A DNA stretch of 36,746 bases from an uncultured Candidatus Saccharibacteria bacterium (GTDB lineage: Bacteria; Patescibacteriota; Saccharimonadia; Saccharimonadales; OMJO01), in NCBI GenBank assembly GCA_964494415.1, contig CAZBRC010000001.1:1-36746 (forward strand), read 5' to 3'. A model generated the notes under the pieces. The model had not been told where the DNA came from, made no database searches, and saw only the letters and a list, made by a program, of their open reading frames with translations. A program made the translations under genes and the position numbers. This document shows, in pieces, positions 32,240 to 36,746 of this stretch (within the stretch, counting starts at the first letter, position 1; every line of letters starts with the position of its first letter).

Positions 32240-33118
32240 TTAAACTTCGGTGGAGACTGGCAAGTAGCTGGTGTGGTCGCTTCCCTCTTGTAAAAACCTA
32301 TTCAAGCTAATCAAAGCTTGACGGCCAACCTCTGGTGAGCCGGTCATGGTGTACTGCTCGATATCGGCGGCGGTACTAACTACACCAGTGGTAGCACTGC
32401 CTACTGATTTACGGGCGGCTGTCCAGTGTTGTTCGTATCGATCACCTCTGGTATTGAGGTCACCGTCGAGATCAGTCACTCTGTCGAATTGCAGCTGGGC
32501 AGGTGTTAGCGAGATGTCAGTTTGCTTAAAGGCTACGCCTGGCTGTTTTGGCCAGACAACCCGGTGGTAGGTCGCGGCAGTCTGATTAGTATTAGTAACG
32601 TCGAGGCGCAGCGACTGGTCAGCCTGTCCTAAATCTGTCGATTCTTGATGGGTGATGGTTATGGCGTAATTACCCGAGGTACTTAAGGACATGCTAATCG
32701 GATAGTCATCTGTGCCGGTGTAATATGTGCGGAAGTCATCAAGGTAGCGGCGATAATCGGCGATTTCACCCAATACTCCCTGATAGGTGGTGGCGAAGAC
32801 GGTTTCGTCGGTAGATTGGTGTGCATCGACGCAACCAACTGGTCCAATTTCTTGTTCAAAACTACCCTCAACACAAGCTGAGCCCTTGGGCTCGAACGGA
32901 TCACGCAGAGCTGACGCCTGCGTGTCGGTTCGACGACTGTCGCCATTAAGGCTGGTGTGCACCACCAAAGCTCCACCGGCCGCGGCCAGGCTTAATATAA
33001 TCGCGGCCGGCTTTTGCCAGCGACCTTCAAAATAAGAAACCGGTGTAGCAAGTTGCGTTTCCTCCGGTACGCGGGCGTACTCTAGTGGCAACTCGTACTC
33101 TTCTTCTGGGTAATGCAT
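32240..33118 (-). CDS. hypothetical membrane-anchored protein (acidic N-terminal tail, one TM helix, extracytoplasmic domain)
   Basis: ATG at 33118. TM segment AAIILSLAAAGGALVV, followed by a polar ~230-aa domain with two Cys. No motif recognised. Confidence 0.65.
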   Translation of the reverse strand: MHYPEEEYELPLEYARVPEETQLATPVSYFEGRWQKPAAIILSLAAAGGALVVHTSLNGDSRRTDTQASALRDPFEPKGSACVEGSFEQEIGPVGCVDAHQSTDETVFATTYQGVLGEIADYRRYLDDFRTYYTGTDDYPISMSLSTSGNYAITITHQESTDLGQADQSLRLDVTNTNQTAATYHRVVWPKQPGVAFKQTDISLTPAQLQFDRVTDLDGDLNTRGDRYEQHWTAARKSVGSATTGVVSTAADIEQYTMTGSPEVGRQALISLNRFLQEGSDHTSYLPVSTEV

Positions 33119-33165
33119 TGTGGTACTCGGTCGGCTGGCTTGCGCTTAAACTCTTTGGTTAATCC

Positions 33166-34284
33166 TTACTTGATGTAATCGTGGAGTTTTTTGGCATCCT
33201 TGTGCTTGCGCAACTTGGCAAGGGCTTTGGCTTCGATCTGTCGGATACGTTCACGGGTCACGCTAAATTCCTGGCCGACCTCTTCGAGGGTGTGGTTCTT
33301 GCCATCTTCAAGCCCAAAACGCAGTTTGAGTATTTTTTGTTCTCGTTCTGTCAGCGCGCCGAGCATGTCTTTGACGTGTTCTTTTAGTAGCTGGTTGGTG
33401 GCAGATTCTTCGGGAGAAATTGTATCTTCGTCCTCGATAAAATCAGCTAGCACCGAGTCTTCTTCGTCATCACGCACACTGGCGTCCAAGCTCGAGATAT
33501 CCTGTTTGATCTTCATGATGTGCTCGACTTTTTCGACATCGATTTCCATGGCTTCGGCAATTTCTTCGTTGGTTGGCTCGCGGTTAAGTTCCTGGGTAAG
33601 TCGTCGTTGCGTCCGCAAGAGCTTGTTAATGGTCTCCACCATATGCACTGGGATACGAATGGTACGGGCCTGGTCGGCAATCGCGCGGGTAATTGCCTGG
33701 CGAATCCACCAGGTAGCATAGGTACTAAACTTAAACCCTTTGTCCGGGTCGAATTTTTCAACTGCTCGCAGTAGACCGGTGTTGCCTTCTTGGATAAGGT
33801 CTAGTAGATCAAGACCACGACCAACGTAACGCTTGGCAATGCTTACTACCAGACGCATGTTAGCTTCGGCCATTTTGTCTTTGGCGTCTTTGTCGCCAGC
33901 TACAACTCGTTTGGCGAGGGCAAGTTCTTCCTCGGCCGTCAACAGCGGAATCTTACCAATTTCACGCAAATACAGTCGAACTGAGTCATCGGCTACATCA
34001 TCAAGGTAAACCTGTTCGTTCAGGACAACTTCTTCGGCTTCTTCTTCTACCCACTCGTCGGTCGCGTTGGCGCCGGGTTCGGTTACCTGAATACCAGAGT
34101 CAGCTAGCTCAGTATAAAGTTGATCAAGTACGTCAACGTTATCAGGGGTGTCTGGAATCTTGCTAAAGATCTTTCGTTGGTCGATTTTGCCTTCTTTTTT
34201 AGCTTCGGCCAGAAGTTCCTGCTTGGCAGCCTCGTGGGCGGCGTTTACATTCTGCTCGTCAGCAGGGGTTGCGTCATCTGTCAT
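33166..34284 (-). CDS. rpoD: RNA polymerase primary sigma factor (sigma70/RpoD)
   Basis: Region 1.2 [11 protein letters not shown], region 2 [51 protein letters not shown], region 3 IRIPVHM, region 4 [24 protein letters not shown] place the start at the ATG at 34284, with AAGGAG 10 nt upstream inside the dnaG 3' end. The track's longer version begins within dnaG. Confidence 0.95.
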   Translation of the reverse strand: MTDDATPADEQNVNAAHEAAKQELLAEAKKEGKIDQRKIFSKIPDTPDNVDVLDQLYTELADSGIQVTEPGANATDEWVEEEAEEVVLNEQVYLDDVADDSVRLYLREIGKIPLLTAEEELALAKRVVAGDKDAKDKMAEANMRLVVSIAKRYVGRGLDLLDLIQEGNTGLLRAVEKFDPDKGFKFSTYATWWIRQAITRAIADQARTIRIPVHMVETINKLLRTQRRLTQELNREPTNEEIAEAMEIDVEKVEHIMKIKQDISSLDASVRDDEEDSVLADFIEDEDTISPEESATNQLLKEHVKDMLGALTEREQKILKLRFGLEDGKNHTLEEVGQEFSVTRERIRQIEAKALAKLRKHKDAKKLHDYIK

Positions 34285-34288
34285 ATAG

Positions 34289-36031
34289 TCACGTCTCCTT
34301 CGTGGTTTTGAGTAATGCGTCGAGTTCTTTGACTTTTTGGAGGAGTACCTGGGTCTGGGCGTCATCTGCGCCTTCCAGTCCTCGGGTTAGAGTAGTTTTT
34401 TTGGCTTTTACGTATTGTTCAATCAGGCGGCCCGTGAGTCGTGCGGCTTCATAGCCCAGTTCGACATCATCTAGATCTTTATACAACGCCTCGTAGATTA
34501 CTGTCAGTATCTTATCATATTCCCCTGTTTTTGGCAACGTAGCGTCAGGCGTGGCGGCTTGGTGATTCTTGAGTTGTTGTAGGACATGCTGAGCAGTCGT
34601 ATCCAGCATCATTCCAGGTGTAATGGCATCGAGATAATGAGCAAACATCGGGTGGTGCACAATCAGGGCCAGTAAGCGATCTTGGGTCTTTTTATATTCG
34701 GCGGCGGCTTTGTTGTCAACCGGTCTGGGAGTGGTGGTTTTTAAAGCTCGGGCTGGCGTGGGGGTACCTTTTTGTTGGAGTTTACGCTGTAAGGAATCTT
34801 TGCTGACGGCCAAAAGCTGTGCCAAGGTTGCCAAGTAGTGATCTTGCTCAACACTGTCTTGTAACTGCGCTACCACCGGCAGCAAGATATCCGAGAACTG
34901 CCGTTTACCCTTGGCCGAACTAAGGTCAAGTTGATGTTGATACCGATCAATCAGCCAGTCTAAGGCGTACTGATGCTGGTTGATGGCCGCTTGCCATAAC
35001 TTGGGGTCTTGGCGAATAAGTTCGTCAGGGTCTTTGCCGGCTGGGATGGTAATAATGCTGAGATTGATACCAACCTTACTAGCAATTGGAATGGTTCGTT
35101 CGGTGGCAGCTTGGCCAGCACGGTCTTCGTCAAACGCCAGGCGGATGTCTGGCGTAAAGTGAGCTAAAGCTTTTAGTTGATACTCGGTTAAGGCGGTTCC
35201 GGCAGTCGCCACTACCTGCTTTACTCCGGCTTGGTGGCTGGCTACAACATCAAGATTACCCTCGGCAATCACGGCTACCTCTGTTATACGAATGGTTTCT
35301 TTGGCCAGATTGAGCCCAAACACGTGGCGGCTCTTGTCATACAGTAACGTCTGAGGTGTGTTGATGTATTTGGGAGCGCGCGGATCATCATCCATTTGCC
35401 GAGCCGTAAAACCAATCACCCTGCCCTGCGGATCCATCAACGGCACCATTAAGCGGCCACGGAACATGTCGACGGCACCGCGCTGGCGCTTGGCGGACAA
35501 GCCGGCTTTCTGGATTTCTTCGGCGGTAAAGCCGCGCTTGGATAAGTAATCTATCAGCGCGGTGCCGGTATTTGGCGAATAACCCAGCCGAAAGGCCAGA
35601 ATGGTTTCTTTTTCGAAACGCCGCTGCCGGCGCACGTACTCTAAGGTGGCACGGTGACTACTCAATTGCACTTGATAAAACTTGGCGGCGGTTTCGAGCA
35701 CGGCGTAAAGCCGCTCCTTCAACTGACTATTGCCTGGCCCGCTTCGGCCATACTGACTTAGATCGATATTGGCCCGGCGGGCCAGAAGCTCTAGCGCCCC
35801 CTTAAAGTCGAGCCCCTCCATCTCCATAACAAAACTAAACATGTCACCGCCGCGGCCGCTGCTAAAGTCGTGCCAGATCTGTTTTTCGGGGCTAACCACA
35901 AAGCTGGGTGTTTTTTCGCTGGTCCAGGGACTAAGGCCTTTATAATTGGCGCCGGTACGTTTGAGCTGAACGTATTCACTGACTACGTCCTCAATTGATA
36001 ATTTACCCTTGATATCCTCAACCGCATCCAT
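34289..36031 (-). CDS. dnaG: DNA primase DnaG (zinc-ribbon-like N-terminal domain lacking Zn ligands, TOPRIM core, C-terminal helicase-interaction region)
   Basis: [19 protein letters not shown] matches the DnaG zinc-binding-domain consensus apart from the ligand residues. RNA polymerase core [29 protein letters not shown] and [13 protein letters not shown]. Forms the classic dnaG-rpoD pair. Confidence 0.9.
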   Translation of the reverse strand: MDAVEDIKGKLSIEDVVSEYVQLKRTGANYKGLSPWTSEKTPSFVVSPEKQIWHDFSSGRGGDMFSFVMEMEGLDFKGALELLARRANIDLSQYGRSGPGNSQLKERLYAVLETAAKFYQVQLSSHRATLEYVRRQRRFEKETILAFRLGYSPNTGTALIDYLSKRGFTAEEIQKAGLSAKRQRGAVDMFRGRLMVPLMDPQGRVIGFTARQMDDDPRAPKYINTPQTLLYDKSRHVFGLNLAKETIRITEVAVIAEGNLDVVASHQAGVKQVVATAGTALTEYQLKALAHFTPDIRLAFDEDRAGQAATERTIPIASKVGINLSIITIPAGKDPDELIRQDPKLWQAAINQHQYALDWLIDRYQHQLDLSSAKGKRQFSDILLPVVAQLQDSVEQDHYLATLAQLLAVSKDSLQRKLQQKGTPTPARALKTTTPRPVDNKAAAEYKKTQDRLLALIVHHPMFAHYLDAITPGMMLDTTAQHVLQQLKNHQAATPDATLPKTGEYDKILTVIYEALYKDLDDVELGYEAARLTGRLIEQYVKAKKTTLTRGLEGADDAQTQVLLQKVKELDALLKTTKET

Positions 36032-36037
36032 ACCTTA

Positions 36038-36043
36038 AGTGTA
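36038..36043 (-). promoter_or_regulatory. -10-like TACACT 6 nt upstream of the dnaG ATG (possible leaderless start)
   Basis: The reverse complement of 36038-36043 is TACACT, followed by taaggt and the ATG at 36031. The only -35 candidate is a weak TTTTTA at 17-nt spacing. Confidence 0.3.
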
Positions 36044-36124
36044 AAGTGAAACCACTAAACTAAAAAGCGCTACTGCTTGGCTTACCCCTTTACCGCGTTC
36101 TCCTCAGCCTATATCATTAAGCTT

Positions 36125-36746
36125 ATGCATCCCAACAACCCGCCCCAGACTCAGATGCCGGCTGGTCCCAGTACCAACCCTTATGACTTTATCCTCAACG
36201 AGAGCCCAAAGCCCAAACGTAGTTGGCTACCCGGCGGTAACTCTAAGGGCCAACGCATTGCGATCATCGCCATAATTGTAGTGGTCGTTCTATTGCTTGG
36301 CATCGTTTTATATGGGGTATTCACTGCCTCGAGCAGTGCTGGAACAGCAGACATGGTTTCGGCCGTCCAGCAACAACAAGAAATTGCTCGCATTGCCGAC
36401 ATCGGTGTCGAAAAATCACGGCAAACAGAAACCAAATACATTGCCGTGATGACGGCAGAGACCATGCGATCTGATCAAGCAACATTAACAGCCTACCTCA
36501 AAAAGAATCGCAAAAAGATCTCTAGTAAGGAGTTGAATGCCACCAAAAACTCGGCAACCGATACGAGCCTCAACAAAGCCGAACAGGCCAATAGTTTTGA
36601 TAGTACGTTCACGGCTACCCTGGCCAAAGAGCTGAGCGCTTACCAAAAAACTGCCAAAGACGCCCACGACCACACTAGTTCGGCCGCTGCTAAAAAAATA
36701 CTCGAGCAAATGTATGCACACACTGCTCTGTTAAGTGAAAAACTGC
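36125..36746 (+). CDS. hypothetical membrane-anchored protein; 3' end beyond the window
   Basis: Absent from the track because it has no stop in the window. I translated from the ATG at 36125 to the window end without meeting a stop. MHPNNPPQTQMPAGPSTNPYDFILNE.., TM helix IAIIAIIVVVVLLLGIVLYGVF, then a polar helical region. Track ORFs 36181..36465(-) and 36485..36721(-) are antisense shadows. Confidence 0.65.
   Translation, partial: MHPNNPPQTQMPAGPSTNPYDFILNESPKPKRSWLPGGNSKGQRIAIIAIIVVVVLLLGIVLYGVFTASSSAGTADMVSAVQQQQEIARIADIGVEKSRQTETKYIAVMTAETMRSDQATLTAYLKKNRKKISSKELNATKNSATDTSLNKAEQANSFDSTFTATLAKELSAYQKTAKDAHDHTSSAAAKKILEQMYAHTALLSEKL

Noticed and set aside
33191-33721. 176-aa plus-strand ORF
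   Set aside because: It lies antisense to rpoD. Its Ser-rich composition is typical of the reverse frame of a Glu/Asp/Leu-rich gene.
36181-36721. Two minus-strand ORFs (94 aa and 78 aa)
   Set aside because: The plus strand is open from ATG 36125 to the window end and encodes a protein with a clear TM helix. The minus-strand ORFs are its shadows.
1-36746. Alternative genetic code (UGA recoded, as in some candidate phyla)
   Set aside because: TGA functions as the stop of mutM, polA and dnaG, at positions that give proteins of normal length with tightly coupled downstream starts. Conserved genes need no in-frame TGA read-through.
1-36746. CRISPR arrays, rRNA or tRNA genes, transposases, integrases, prophage modules and toxin-antitoxin pairs
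   Set aside because: I saw no repeat-spacer periodicity, no tRNA cloverleaf candidates in the few intergenic gaps, and no ORF with recombinase, transposase or phage structural motifs. This rests on visual inspection only. tRNAscan, Infernal and HMM scans would be needed to exclude them formally.

Overview
The window has two compositional parts. Bases 1-~900 are high in G+C: my hand counts of three 60-nt lines give 63-72%, against 48% for one line of ychF. This part holds the 5' portion of a minus-strand gene for a signal-peptide protein. That gene is missing from the ORF track because it has no in-window stop. A telomere-like G-quadruplex tract lies upstream of it. After an unusually long ~520-nt gap with no credible gene comes a very compact housekeeping block of roughly 50% G+C. 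It contains ychF, a PRTase-family gene, tlyA, efp, rpsR, ssb, rpsF, ftsK, rnj, a family-4-type UDG, pnp, rpsO, truB, rpsT, holA, mutM, polA, a P-type ATPase, a TrmB-like regulator, rpoD and dnaG. Interspersed are about 14 ORFans, membrane-anchored proteins and low-complexity proteins. Standard code 11 fits, since TGA terminates mutM, polA and dnaG. The tiny intergenic spaces, trimmed enzymes and many N-terminally anchored ORFans suggest a reduced-genome bacterium. Patescibacteria/CPR, perhaps Saccharibacteria-like, is my inference only. I found no rRNA, tRNA, CRISPR array, transposase or integrase. Observations most worth follow-up: (1) the high-G+C secreted-protein gene at the left edge, which is either horizontal transfer or an assembly chimera; (2) a DnaG whose four zinc ligands are all substituted; (3) a DHH-family protein with its catalytic motifs lost and a ~350-aa proline-rich tail; (4) a small CX3CX2C protein inserted in the rpsF-ssb-rpsR operon; (5) an ORFan between truB and rpsO, where ribF sits in some other bacteria; (6) recurrent -10 boxes placed 4-7 nt before start codons, implying leaderless mRNAs for operon-leading genes, while internal genes carry strong Shine-Dalgarno sites; (7) a divergent pair of consensus promoters embedded in a 10-bp inverted repeat, lying between a TrmB-like regulator and a two-gene ORFan operon. 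I cannot name a single defined novel system with confidence. All homology statements rest on motif recognition by eye, not on searches.
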